DNA from: an uncultured Thermoplasmata archaeon | GTDB taxonomy: Archaea; Thermoplasmatota; Thermoplasmata; Lutacidiplasmatales; UBA184 | NCBI GenBank assembly: GCA_963749195.1 | Contig: CAVVLX010000007.1 | Span: 396,031 to 460,030 of the forward strand | DNA length: 64,000 bases | Direction of reading: 5' to 3' | Shown: piece after piece, positions 27,965-40,357 of the stretch | How the letters are laid out: the number at the start of each line of letters is the position of its first letter | Numbering within the stretch: position 1 is the stretch's first letter | Translations under genes and position numbers: made by a program | The notes under the pieces: generated by a model | What the model saw: the letters and a program-made list of their open reading frames with translations, nothing else | What the model was told of the DNA's origin: nothing | The model's database searches: none

Positions 27965-28939
27965 ATGGCCGAGTCGGCCCATCGAAAAGGTGGGTTCGTC
28001 CGTCCCCTCGCCGAGACCGATTCGATGGACATGACCAGTGACCTGCTTTCCGGCCCGGACCTGGGGGCGGGCTACCTCCACCAGCTATCGATCGACCGGG
28101 AACCCGAGTCCTGGTTCACGTACCATGCCCAGGTTGGAGGACTCGACGCCAACGGTCCTCCCATCGGGCCACTCGATTCGATCGGCTTCGTGCATCCCCG
28201 CGTCGCCTGCCAGTTTGGAGGGTCGCGTTGTTGGCATCGTCGGTTCGCTCTCCCCGCGACGGAGACAGCGACCGTTCGCGCGACGTACAATCGACATCGG
28301 TTTGTCCTTCAAGCGACGCTCGATCAACTCTACGCCGGAGCGCCGATTCCGTTCGAATCCGCCCTCAAAGAACTGCTCGACCGGATTGAATCGCCCCTCC
28401 GGTCCGACGGAATCCCCCTGTACATCATGGGATCGGTCTCCGCCCGACTGCAAGGGGTGCGGTTGCAGCCTCGAGATATCGACCTCGGGACCACGGAGGC
28501 GGGAGTCCGGCGCATCGGAGAGCTGCTGAAAGAGTATCTCATTGAGCCGGTGGCTTTGACCGGGGAAGCCGGCACGCAGGCGGTGATCGGGGCTCGCGCT
28601 TTCATCGGCTCCCTGGCTTCGGGAATGCGCGTGGAATGGGCGGCTCCCCGGGGGGAGGATCCGGAGTCTTCCCTCTTCGCGCCCGAAGGTCCCCGACTGG
28701 CGGAGAATCCTCCGGTCGAGAAAGTGGAGCTCGAAGGCGGTCGAGAGATTCAGGTGAGTCGTCTAGAATTTTCCCTGGTCCGTAGCGCGAAACGAAACGA
28801 CTGGGAGCGATTCAATCGGATCGCGGACCGACTAAAGGCGCTTGGGCCGAATCGATCATTGCTGGAACGTCTCCTCACCGATTCCGGCCTCTCCGTTTCG
28901 GATCGCGACCGGGTCCGGAAGGCCGCAGCCGACCGTTGA
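27965..28939 (+). CDS. hypothetical protein with a minimal nucleotidyltransferase (Pol-beta-like) fold motif
   Basis: LYIMGSVSARLQGVRLQPRDIDLGT fits the hG[GS]x9-13 Dh[DE]h NTase signature. The rest has no recognisable motifs. Confidence 0.4.
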   Translation: MAESAHRKGGFVRPLAETDSMDMTSDLLSGPDLGAGYLHQLSIDREPESWFTYHAQVGGLDANGPPIGPLDSIGFVHPRVACQFGGSRCWHRRFALPATETATVRATYNRHRFVLQATLDQLYAGAPIPFESALKELLDRIESPLRSDGIPLYIMGSVSARLQGVRLQPRDIDLGTTEAGVRRIGELLKEYLIEPVALTGEAGTQAVIGARAFIGSLASGMRVEWAAPRGEDPESSLFAPEGPRLAENPPVEKVELEGGREIQVSRLEFSLVRSAKRNDWERFNRIADRLKALGPNRSLLERLLTDSGLSVSDRDRVRKAAADR

Positions 28940-28997
28940 GCCGGGTCGGCGTCTGGAAGCGTAGCTTCTTACCCCCCTGCCCTCCCAGCGGAGCCCG

Positions 28998-29798
28998 ATG
29001 AGTGCCGTGGCGACCCAGCTGCCGGTGGAACATCTCACGCCGCATGACCTCGTCACGTATTTCCGGTGCCCTCACGAGATGGAACTCGTTCGGGCGCATC
29101 ATCAATCGGTCGCTTCCGGCCAGGCGATCCTCCCCCGTACTCCACTGGATGTGATCCCCCTTCGTCACTCCCCGCTCTTCTCTCCGCCCTTGGGTCATCT
29201 CTCGGTCAACGAAGGCCCCCTCGATGTCGGTCTCCACGATCTTTTGGTCTACCAGGACGCTTCCGAGGAAGGGCTCCCGATGCTGTTCCCGACGGATCGG
29301 GTTCATCTCGACGCACGATTCTCGGGTCGAGGAGCCACGCTGATAGACCCCGAATGGGGGCTCAGCGGTCGTCCCGATCTCATCATCCGACGAGGGGACC
29401 GAGACATCGTCCCGGTCGAGTACAAATCGACGCATCTGTTTGTCGGCTATCACGAAACGCATGGCCGGACCTTCGACACGCTGCAAGCAATCGCGGAATG
29501 TCGTCTCGTGCACGTGGCCTTCGGACAACGTCCGTCCGCGGGAGTCATCTGGTATGGGGATGTGGCGAGCGACGGGCAGCGAGAAGGCTGGGTCGAGATT
29601 CCGTACGGGGAAGCGGAAGAGCACTGGTTGAAGCAAGCGCTCGTGCAGATTCGAACGGACGCGGTTCGCCCTCCGGTTCCAGCAGAGCGAAATTGTGCCG
29701 GATGCGAACCGAACGCGGAAGGGCTCTGTCGATTCGCCGCGGCTCGATACGAGGGGTCTCACCTGCGGACGCACGGGCTCGCGCTTCCTCGAGAGTGA
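28998..29798 (+). CDS. Cas4-like / DUF83 PD-(D/E)xK nuclease with a 4-Cys cluster, standalone (no CRISPR-cas context)
   Basis: N-terminal YFRCPHEMEL (Cys1); catalytic RPDLIIRRGDRDIVPVEYKST (D...E.K); C-terminal CAGCEPNAEGLC (Cys2-4). Confidence 0.6.
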   Translation: MSAVATQLPVEHLTPHDLVTYFRCPHEMELVRAHHQSVASGQAILPRTPLDVIPLRHSPLFSPPLGHLSVNEGPLDVGLHDLLVYQDASEEGLPMLFPTDRVHLDARFSGRGATLIDPEWGLSGRPDLIIRRGDRDIVPVEYKSTHLFVGYHETHGRTFDTLQAIAECRLVHVAFGQRPSAGVIWYGDVASDGQREGWVEIPYGEAEEHWLKQALVQIRTDAVRPPVPAERNCAGCEPNAEGLCRFAAARYEGSHLRTHGLALPRE

Positions 29799-29836
29799 GG
29801 TGCCGTGGACGCTGCTGCAGAGGTCCTTCGCAGTTG

Positions 29837-29843
29837 TTAAATA
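29837..29843 (+). promoter_or_regulatory. putative rRNA promoter TATA box (ttaaata) about 170 nt upstream of the 23S 5' end
   Basis: Only AT-rich heptamer in the GC-rich leader. Archaeal rRNA promoters typically lie 100-200 nt upstream of the processing stem. Confidence 0.25.
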
Positions 29844-30009
29844 GAAAGTCCCAGTTCCAACTCAGCCGCGCCGCGGAAACTCCGATTGGGCGGTCATGCA
29901 CCCGTAGAGGCCGGGGCCTCGCCGGGGAAGGGCGCAAGGTCCGCTGTCGCTCGACGGCGGACCGATGACGCCATCACACGCGTTCTGGACGCTTGTCAAG
30001 TGCAATCAG

Positions 30010-32964
<2,955 letters not shown>

Positions 32965-32979
32965 TTAAACAGAACGCGT

Positions 32980-34386
32980 GTGAAAAACCCCGGAACTTCG
33001 GGGGACGAGCCGGCGGGCTCGATTCTCCTACCCGGCGGGGATCCTACGTCGGCGCGTTCCGCCGATCCCTTCGGACCCTCCCGAGGAACGCTCAAACTCT
33101 TCGTATTCGAACACCTTGGCCGACCCGTGCCCGTCGCCACGCTCCACGACGCCTGGCCGGAGCTCGTCGCCACCGCCCTGAGCTTTCTCCTGATCCTGTA
33201 CACTTGGCCTCGCGCGCAACCGCTTCGCGACTGGATCGACCGCCGATGGCGCGGAGTGCTCGATCGATGGCTGGACTGGCGCCTCCTGATGTGCGTGGTC
33301 GGCGTGATCTTTCTGCTCGCCGCGTTCGTTCAATCCGCCCCGGTCGCCGGCTGTCCGAACTCCAGTGACGATACGGGTTCGTTTCTCTACCAGGGTCAAG
33401 CGCTCTGGCGCGGCGCGGACCCGTTCCAACTGTCTCGATGTGGAGTCCTCATCCCCATTCCCATCGGAGCCGCTGGGATCCTGCTGAACGCGTGGGGCAG
33501 CGTGGGGGGGCGCCCCGGGATCTGGATCGTCTGGGAGTTCTCCGCGCTGACCCTGATCCCGTTGACCTGGTTCCTGAGCGGGGCGGAACGTCGGTTCACC
33601 ACGCTGTTCGTCGCAACCTCGGGTCTGTTCGTTCCCCTCGTGATCGGCCAGATCGAAGGGGCGAACAGCGCCTTCGGAGCGGTCGCGGTGCTTTTGCCTA
33701 TCTGGCTGGCCGCGCGCGGTCGAACTGGGAGCGGTCTCGTAGCGGGGTTCCTGTCGACGATGAAATTCCCTTCCCTCTTCCCGTTCCTCGGCGCCACGGG
33801 GGGCTTCGGCCCTTCGCGCAATCGAGAGTTGCTTTTCACGTGGGTCGGCTTCGTCGGAGGGAGCACGATCAGCTGGGCGATCTGGGGGCCGGTCTTCCTG
33901 TCGACGGTCTTCTTTGGCCAACTCGGTCGGCATGACCTCAGCGTCAATGAATTCGGATTGCTGATCGGAACGGGTTGGTTCCCGCCCGTCGAGATTCTTG
34001 CCGTTCTCCAGGGGCTCGCATTGTTCGGATCCATCGCCTTCGTCTATCTTCGACGCTGGCCGACCCTGCCGGCGATGGCTCTCGTCACCCTCGTCGTCTG
34101 CCTGGTGATTCCCCGACTTCCGTTCAACTTTCTCGCCTGGTTGATCCCGCTCGCCGTCCTCGGCACGCGGTACTGTCGCTGGCTCTTTCTCCTCGGGGCG
34201 ATCGGAGCGTTGAACAGTTCGGTCGCGATCCCACTCTACTTCAACGCAGCCCCGCCGGTCTACTGGCCGACCCAGCTGCTCGGCGGATTGATGGGCGTGT
34301 TGATGGTGTTGGTGGCGATCCAGCTCGTTCGAGAGCAGCGGGCTTCGCGGCTTCTCAACACTGCCCCCGTCTTTCGATTGACCTGA
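32980..34386 (+). CDS. polytopic integral membrane protein (10+ TM), possibly a GT-C-type glycosyltransferase
   Basis: 468-aa ORF dominated by hydrophobic helices. The true start is uncertain because the first 30 codons are hydrophilic and G/P-rich. The antisense 537-aa ORF 33028..34641 is an R/G-rich artefact. Confidence 0.45.
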   Translation: MKNPGTSGDEPAGSILLPGGDPTSARSADPFGPSRGTLKLFVFEHLGRPVPVATLHDAWPELVATALSFLLILYTWPRAQPLRDWIDRRWRGVLDRWLDWRLLMCVVGVIFLLAAFVQSAPVAGCPNSSDDTGSFLYQGQALWRGADPFQLSRCGVLIPIPIGAAGILLNAWGSVGGRPGIWIVWEFSALTLIPLTWFLSGAERRFTTLFVATSGLFVPLVIGQIEGANSAFGAVAVLLPIWLAARGRTGSGLVAGFLSTMKFPSLFPFLGATGGFGPSRNRELLFTWVGFVGGSTISWAIWGPVFLSTVFFGQLGRHDLSVNEFGLLIGTGWFPPVEILAVLQGLALFGSIAFVYLRRWPTLPAMALVTLVVCLVIPRLPFNFLAWLIPLAVLGTRYCRWLFLLGAIGALNSSVAIPLYFNAAPPVYWPTQLLGGLMGVLMVLVAIQLVREQRASRLLNTAPVFRLT

Positions 34387-34568
34387 ACGGCGTGCTCGAT
34401 TCCCTGGGAGCGGCGCTCCGATCTCGGGAGGGTTTCCACTTCCACCGATGTTTAGTGTTCGTCCGGTACTTGGGAATCGTGCCGTCGCTCGGCGTCTCCC
34501 GAAGTCATTGGCCGGTCGTGGGGTGGATTCGACTGAGGTTGCCGCCCCCGGAGATCCCGGTCGCATTG

Positions 34569-34859
34569 ATGGGGGGCCCACCGCCCCCCTTGGAGCCGCC
34601 CCTCGATCTCCTGGTGCGGAATCCGGTCCCGACCGACCCACGCAAAAGGGTGTTTGCCTTCGAGGAAGAACGAGGCGATTGGGTGCTTCGACTCGTCTGG
34701 GACGCCGACGACCCGATGATCCTCGAAGCGGAGTACCGCGCCCCCGTATACGATCGACGCCTCCCCCGGAGTGAAGTGCCTTCTTTCTGGAAGGCGGTCA
34801 AAGAGAAGATCGCGCCGCTCGGCCCCCTTCCCGTCGATGCGGCCGATCCCCGTCCGTAG
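34569..34859 (+). CDS. small hypothetical protein (96 aa)
   Basis: From ATG 34569 MGGPPPPLEPPLDLLVRNPVPTDPRKRVFAFEEERGDWVLRLVWDADDPMILEAEYRAPVYDRR.... Non-repetitive, protein-like composition in a 520-bp gap otherwise without annotation. Confidence 0.3.
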   Translation: MGGPPPPLEPPLDLLVRNPVPTDPRKRVFAFEEERGDWVLRLVWDADDPMILEAEYRAPVYDRRLPRSEVPSFWKAVKEKIAPLGPLPVDAADPRP

Positions 34860-34906
34860 CGTCGCGTCGGCCAGAATGTTAAAAGAGGCCACGGGGTCGG
34901 GGTCGC

Positions 34907-35728
34907 GTGCTCCGGTCCACCTTCCTCCACTTGGATACGATCGGACCGGCGACGGAAGCACAGCTGTGGCGTCGCGGAGTCCTCGATTGGCGCGATCTCG
35001 CGACCGCGGCGCAGATTCCGAACCTCTCGGAGGAGCGGCGTCGCCGGCTCCTTCGAGACCTCACCCGGAGCGAGCAAGCCCTCGCGGAGCGCGACGCCGG
35101 TTGGTTTGCCCATCGACTTCCAATGGGCGAACTCTGGCGGTTGTATCCGTCCTTCCGAGACTCGACGGCTTTTCTCGATATTGAGACCACCGGACTCTCC
35201 CCGTTTGCCGGGATCGTCACGGTCGTCACGGTCCACGGCAGCGGATCGACCCGGACGTTCGTCGCCGACGATGACCTCGAAGAATTGCCGGCTTGGCTTC
35301 GCCGATTCCAGCTCCTCGTCTCGTTCAACGGCCGATTGTTCGACGTACCTTTCCTCGAAACGAGGTTTCCGCATCTCGTGGTTCCGGTCGCGCACATCGA
35401 CCTGCGGTTCGTGCTCTACCGCCTGGGACTTTCCGGTGGACTCAAGCGGATTGAGGAACGACTGGGGATCGGGGGTCGCTCCGGAGTCGAAGGGATTCGG
35501 GGGCTGGACGCGGTGCGGCTTTGGGAAGAGTTTCGCGCGGGTCAAACCGCGGCGCTCGATCGGCTAATCAAGTACAATCGCGCGGATACCGTCAATCTCG
35601 AACCTCTCCTCGAGTTCGCGGTCCGCGAGCTCACCGAACGCCTTCTCGGTCCGGGGGTTCGGTCGCCGGCGGGGGTTGGGGGCGCTCGCCAGGCGTTCTC
35701 CGGCTTGGAATATCCCTCGCCTTCGTGA
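34907..35728 (+). CDS. RNase H-like 3'-5' exonuclease, YprB/RNase_H_2 family (DEDD)
   Basis: Exo motif I AFLDIETTGLSP. Later acidic motifs are FVADDD and YNRADTVNLEPL (Exo III-like Y-x3-D). Confidence 0.65.
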   Translation: MLRSTFLHLDTIGPATEAQLWRRGVLDWRDLATAAQIPNLSEERRRRLLRDLTRSEQALAERDAGWFAHRLPMGELWRLYPSFRDSTAFLDIETTGLSPFAGIVTVVTVHGSGSTRTFVADDDLEELPAWLRRFQLLVSFNGRLFDVPFLETRFPHLVVPVAHIDLRFVLYRLGLSGGLKRIEERLGIGGRSGVEGIRGLDAVRLWEEFRAGQTAALDRLIKYNRADTVNLEPLLEFAVRELTERLLGPGVRSPAGVGGARQAFSGLEYPSPS

Positions 35729-35790
35729 GCCCCGTCCACGGGCGGGCGCCGCTTCCCATCGAGCCACGAGCGCGAGGACGAGGGGAAAGA

Positions 35791-36534
35791 TTACTGGGGC
35801 CGCGTCGGTCCCCCGGCGGGGCCTCCCGACGCGACTTCGGGCGGCGCGGTCCAATTCCAATTCATGGATTCCGGCTTTCGTCCGGAAAAGAGCAACGCGA
35901 ATCCGCCAATCAAGATCACTCCCCCGACTACCGCGAGATACCACCCCGGGGATGGTCCCCATGTAGCCGTGGCCCCCGAACCCGAGGTGGACCCCCAGAA
36001 CGAATTGGCGGGACTCGTTCCGTTCGATCCCCCGCCGAGGTTGCCGTTGCCGGAGGTGGAGTAATCTTGAGCGATCGCCCCGGGTTGGGCGAGCAGAAGG
36101 TGGATCGGCGCGAGCAGGGCCACGATGAGGGCTAATATGATGAGAATCAGGGCCGGTTGCACCAATCGCTGACGGCCCCGCGAGAGCAACGACACGATCG
36201 CCCCGACGACCCCGAGCGCCAAACCTCCGAGGAGAAGGTATTGTACCGAGGCATACAGATTGCCAGTGTTCGTCGCCTGGTACGAGGAGTAGGTCTCGGA
36301 CGAGGGGCAGGCGGCATCCGGCCCGGAACACGAAATCGATACCTGAGGCGATGTCGTCGGAAGACCAAACGTAGCCGTGTCCGAGTCGCCGAAGGCTGAG
36401 ATCTGGTAGGACCACCAACCGAGAAACAGAGAACTGATGAGAAGAATCACGCCGATGAGAACAACCGCGCCGGCAACGGTTCGCTTCGTGCGAGCAGAAC
36501 GGGACACGAGAGGTTTCTCCGGGGGGATCCTCAA
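35791..36534 (-). CDS. membrane-anchored protein with a Ser/Thr/Gly-rich exposed region (possible surface protein)
   Basis: N-terminal TM (AGAVVLIGVILLISSLFLGWW), a central TM pair, and an STG-rich low-complexity segment (GNGNLGGGSNGTSPANSFWGSTSGSGATATWG). Confidence 0.45.
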   Translation of the reverse strand: MRIPPEKPLVSRSARTKRTVAGAVVLIGVILLISSLFLGWWSYQISAFGDSDTATFGLPTTSPQVSISCSGPDAACPSSETYSSYQATNTGNLYASVQYLLLGGLALGVVGAIVSLLSRGRQRLVQPALILIILALIVALLAPIHLLLAQPGAIAQDYSTSGNGNLGGGSNGTSPANSFWGSTSGSGATATWGPSPGWYLAVVGGVILIGGFALLFSGRKPESMNWNWTAPPEVASGGPAGGPTRPQ

Positions 36535-36661
36535 AACGTGTTGGGCGATTGCGACCTTAAATGTTCGTTCAGAGAGGGGAACCTCCGAATGAGTGACGCC
36601 GCGGAATGACTTGTCCGAAGCGCGGTGAACCTCCGATCTTCAGCGTCCCGGGGGAGACGAG

Positions 36662-37771
36662 TCACGAAGCCTCCCTCCGCTGCGCGGGAGGTCGGGACCC
36701 TGGAGCGCGGTGGCGCGCCAACCGATTTCGAGCTCGCAGCAGGGGAACCAGGAGGATCACGAGGGATTCCGGAATCTGTGGCGCGGAGCGGTGGAATCTT
36801 CTTGCGAGCAGTTCGGTCGCCTCGGATCGGGTCGACGCATAGGAGGATCCCCGAATGGTCGTGACATAGCGCGGCCCAAAGATGGCCACGACCCACAACG
36901 GATACAGTACGTAGTTGATGTGGCTCAGGATAGCCCCACCGGAATAGAAGCCCGTCGCGAAGCCTTGACAGGGTCGGCTCTGGACCAGGATTGCGTGGCA
37001 CCAGACCCCTCCCGGCGACAGGAGCGCAAAGGGGGCAAGGAAGGCAGCGGTCACGACGAGCGCGACCAAGGCATCCCTCCATTGGCGATTCCACGCATGA
37101 TAGAATACCACAATGACGTTCGCGAATTGCTTCAAGCCGAGAGCCACGATCTCGGCGACTTTCGAGTTCCAACCCTGAAGAGTGACGAATGTGAGGGTTA
37201 GCACGAGGATGGGAATATAGTCGTTAAACCCATTGGCCGCCAGCAAGGCGATCCACGGGCTTCCGAGGATCATCACACTGACTCCGATTTTCCGGACCGC
37301 GTAGGTCGTCGCGAGCCATGCCCCGAGACAGAGCCACCGATAATCGAGTCCCGGAACCCAAGCCAAGGAGAGCAAGGGTAGGTAGACGTAGTAGGAACTC
37401 GAGAAGTGTACCCCGCTCCCCATCTGAGTATAGGTAAGGTGGAGCGACGAGCCGTAGAGATTCGGCCAGAGCTGGACGAATGCCGGCATGAAATACGGTT
37501 CGTCGGTGAGACCGTTGCCGACCCCGCTCACGACCGAGAACAGCCCGATTCCGAGGGAGATGCCGACCCAGATGGCTAGAAATCCGGAGTCTCGGTGCAG
37601 GTCCCAACGATACGCTACGGCGAAGGTGCCGAGTACGGTGAGAAGGACGAGGGTACCGGAAAGCGGAGTAGAAAGCAGAAAGGTGGCGAGGGTGAGGGCT
37701 AAGGAGAAGAAGCCGAAACTGACGATCACCGTCGCTCGAGCGACTCGGTCGGTGCCGCGGGAAAGATGCAC
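36662..37771 (-). CDS. polytopic membrane protein, paralogue of the N-terminal domain of 41845..43266
   Basis: Shares collinear motifs with the paralogue: GNGLTDEPY, YVYLPLL, PGLDYRW/PGLDYKW, NGFNDYIPILVL/SGYNDFPVLLL, LGLKQFANVIVVFY/LGCKQFANAIVLVY. Confidence 0.55.
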   Translation of the reverse strand: MHLSRGTDRVARATVIVSFGFFSLALTLATFLLSTPLSGTLVLLTVLGTFAVAYRWDLHRDSGFLAIWVGISLGIGLFSVVSGVGNGLTDEPYFMPAFVQLWPNLYGSSLHLTYTQMGSGVHFSSSYYVYLPLLSLAWVPGLDYRWLCLGAWLATTYAVRKIGVSVMILGSPWIALLAANGFNDYIPILVLTLTFVTLQGWNSKVAEIVALGLKQFANVIVVFYHAWNRQWRDALVALVVTAAFLAPFALLSPGGVWCHAILVQSRPCQGFATGFYSGGAILSHINYVLYPLWVVAIFGPRYVTTIRGSSYASTRSEATELLARRFHRSAPQIPESLVILLVPLLRARNRLARHRAPGSRPPAQRREAS

Positions 37772-37795
37772 GCCGACCCACCCCTCGGTCGGCTC

Positions 37796-38692
37796 TTAGG
37801 CCGGAGATTCCCGGGCGCGAATCGAGGAGCGTGGAGATCGTTCTCGCCGTCGCGGTGGAGGTATGTAGCTTCCCGCTGGAGGAAGCGCGCGATTGACCCG
37901 GTCCCGCGCCACGGAACAATATTCCTCCGAAGAATCGATGTGAAGGTAGTGACGGCCGAGACGCCGCGCGACGGCGGCGACCGTGCCGGTCCCCCCGAAC
38001 ATATCGAGCACCACGTTCCCTCGATAACTGTAGAATTTGACGATTCGCTCGATGAGCGGTTCGGGGAACGGTGCCGGGTGACCCTTTCGGCGACGTTCCG
38101 GTGGGATCGCCCAGAATCCATCCGAGAACGTTTCGAACTCCTTCGCCGTGATATCGACCGCGGCCCGGTCGCCTGGCAATTTCCACTGACCCTTGGAGAA
38201 TACGAGGACGTATTCCCACGAAGGAACTACGTGCGGATTGGAGGGGCTCCGCCAGCTTCCCCAGGCGGTGCGTCGACCCATGGTCTGCTTGTACCAGATG
38301 ATCTCCGTCCGCATGATGAAGCCCAGATCCTGAAGGTCGCGCGTCAGCTCGTGGTGAATCGGCCGAAAATCCTTGATCGAGGTCGGCGCCACATTGAGGG
38401 CGAATCGGCCGCCCGGGACCAGCACGGGAAACAGCTCCGACCAGATCGTTCGTAGCCAGGCCCGGTACTCGGCGTGGGTCCGGTCGTCCGAGTAACCGGC
38501 GTAGGGCATGCCGAGATTGTAGGGCGGGGAGGTGATCGCCAAGTGGACGCTCTCCCGAGGAAGTCCCACGAGGATCTCGCGTGCGTCGCCCTGTACGATC
38601 CGATCGAAGAATCGAAGGCGTCGTTCCTTCTGACGGGAGCCGAGCAACGCGATCGGAGGCACCGGAGGATCGAGGTGGGATTGCCAAATCAA
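37796..38692 (-). CDS. DNA methyltransferase, beta class (N4-cytosine or N6-adenine), orphan
   Basis: Motif IV LAITSPPYNLG comes before motif I VLDMFGGTGT, which is the beta-class order. No restriction endonuclease candidate is adjacent. Confidence 0.8.
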   Translation of the reverse strand: MIWQSHLDPPVPPIALLGSRQKERRLRFFDRIVQGDAREILVGLPRESVHLAITSPPYNLGMPYAGYSDDRTHAEYRAWLRTIWSELFPVLVPGGRFALNVAPTSIKDFRPIHHELTRDLQDLGFIMRTEIIWYKQTMGRRTAWGSWRSPSNPHVVPSWEYVLVFSKGQWKLPGDRAAVDITAKEFETFSDGFWAIPPERRRKGHPAPFPEPLIERIVKFYSYRGNVVLDMFGGTGTVAAVARRLGRHYLHIDSSEEYCSVARDRVNRALPPAGSYIPPPRRRERSPRSSIRARESPA

Positions 38693-38914
38693 GGTTCCGA
38701 CGTTCTCCCGCCGGTTCGAGCCCCCTAGCTGCCGCGACCAACGGGCGCCTATCGAGCGGGTTGCAGCTTCTCCCGTCGAGGCCGGGGGTCACACCCGGAA
38801 GGAATGCTACGCGTCCCGAGCAGTCAGGGGATTCCAGAGGGCTCGACGCGCTTCAAGAGCCGGCCCGAGACGGCAACCGTATAATCTCTCCCGATTGCAC
38901 CGAAGCGTACGTCC

Positions 38915-40054
38915 ATGGCCGTGCGGATCGCCGTTCCAAAGGAAGCTGCCCCTGGTGAAGCGCGGGTATCGCTCGTCCCCGAGGTCGTGGCGAAGCTCGT
39001 TAAATCCGGAGTGGAAGTGCGCGTGGAGGCTGGGGCGGGGCTTGCTAGCCGATACCCAAACGAGGCGTACCAAGCAGCCGGTGCGTCGATCGAAAGCGAT
39101 CGAAAGGCGCTCTGGGGAGAAAGTCGGATCGTACTGAAGGTTCAGATTCCCACCCCGGAAGAGATCGGATGGATGGCCCCGGGGACGATCGTGATCGGAT
39201 TGATGAACGCCTCCCGCAACCTCGACCGAGTCCGGGTCCTCCGCGACGCGCAGGTGACCAGCTTCGCGCTCGAGTTCCTGCCCCGGATCACCCGAGCGCA
39301 AAGCATGGACGTGCTTTCGTCTCAGGCCACCGTAGCGGGGTATCGGGCGGCGCTCACGGGTGCGGAGCTATGTCCAAAATTCCTGCCGATGTTGACGACG
39401 GCCGCCGGCACGATCCGTCCCGCGAAGATCCTCATTCTCGGCGCCGGCGTGGCGGGGCTCATGGCGATCGCGACCGCGCGTCGTTTGGGGGCGATCGTCG
39501 AGGCGTACGACGTGCGACGAGCGGCGGGAGAGCAGGTCCGCAGTCTGGGCGCGAAGTTCCTCGAACTCCAGATCAACGCCGAGGGAAGCGGGGGCTATGC
39601 CCGAGAGCTGACGGACGATGAAAAGGCGCAAGAGCGTCAGATGGTCGCGAAAGCGGTCGCCGACGCCGACGTTGTGATCACGACCGCCAACGTGCCGGGT
39701 CGCAAAGCTCCGTTGCTGGTCAGTCGCGAGATGGTTTCCCACATGCGGCTGGGTGCGGTTATTGTCGACCTCGCGGCCGAATCCGGTGGGAACTGCGAAC
39801 TGACTCGAGGGGGCGAGACGATCCAGGCGAGCGGGGTCACGATCACTGGGCCACTCAACCTCCCCAGCGAGCTCCCGTTCCATGCGAGCCAAATGTATTC
39901 GAAAAATCTCGAGGCGTTCCTGGGACTGCTCATACTCCCCCCCGGGCAGCTCGTGGCTGACTATACCGATGAGATTCTCGCGGCGAGCCTGCTCACCGAT
40001 CGCGGAGAGGTTCGCCATCCCGCGACCAGGGAACAACTAGCGGGAGCGAAGTAA
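38915..40054 (+). CDS. pntAA: NAD(P) transhydrogenase subunit alpha, part 1 (dI domain; alanine dehydrogenase-like)
   Basis: MAVRIAVPKE...; Rossmann ILILGAGVAGLMAIATARRLGAIVEAYDVR. Confidence 0.85.
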   Translation: MAVRIAVPKEAAPGEARVSLVPEVVAKLVKSGVEVRVEAGAGLASRYPNEAYQAAGASIESDRKALWGESRIVLKVQIPTPEEIGWMAPGTIVIGLMNASRNLDRVRVLRDAQVTSFALEFLPRITRAQSMDVLSSQATVAGYRAALTGAELCPKFLPMLTTAAGTIRPAKILILGAGVAGLMAIATARRLGAIVEAYDVRRAAGEQVRSLGAKFLELQINAEGSGGYARELTDDEKAQERQMVAKAVADADVVITTANVPGRKAPLLVSREMVSHMRLGAVIVDLAAESGGNCELTRGGETIQASGVTITGPLNLPSELPFHASQMYSKNLEAFLGLLILPPGQLVADYTDEILAASLLTDRGEVRHPATREQLAGAK

Positions 40055-40357
40055 GTGGCCGCGGATATCTGGACGGCCCTCTTCATCGCGATTCTCGCCG
40101 CATTCACGGGTTACGAGGTCATCGGGCGCGTGCCCGTGCTCTTGCACACGCCCCTCATGTCCGGATCGAATTTCATTCACGGTATCGTACTGGTCGGAGC
40201 GATCGTCGCGTTGGGATTTGCCACGACCCCGCTCGAGCAAGCGATCGGCCTGGTGGCCGTGATCATGGGCGCGATGAATGTGACGGGCGGATACGTCGTC
40301 ACGGAGCGGATACTCGCCATGTTCGACCGCTCGAAGAAGAAGGGGGGTCCGACATGA
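40055..40357 (+). CDS. pntAB: NAD(P) transhydrogenase subunit alpha, part 2 (membrane domain)
   Basis: GTG start immediately after the pntAA stop (taa gtg). 100 aa with 3 TM helices. Confidence 0.8.
   Translation: MAADIWTALFIAILAAFTGYEVIGRVPVLLHTPLMSGSNFIHGIVLVGAIVALGFATTPLEQAIGLVAVIMGAMNVTGGYVVTERILAMFDRSKKKGGPT

Noticed and set aside
29799-30009. Search for a 16S rRNA, tRNA or 5S gene in the 23S flanks
   Set aside because: The upstream 200 bp and downstream 100 bp contain only the processing-stem complement and a putative TATA (29837..29843). No 16S, 5S or tRNA signatures are present (the CCGAAC/GGTTAAG-type motifs are absent).
33028-34641. 537-aa minus-strand ORF, the longest in this region
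   Set aside because: Composition is Arg/Gly/Pro/Asp-dominated with no hydrophobic core. It is antisense to a convincing 10+ TM membrane protein. This is the typical high-GC antisense artefact. The same reasoning rejects 35564..36418(-), 17881..18770(-), 12307..12987(-), 44190..44774(-) and 20586..21545(-).
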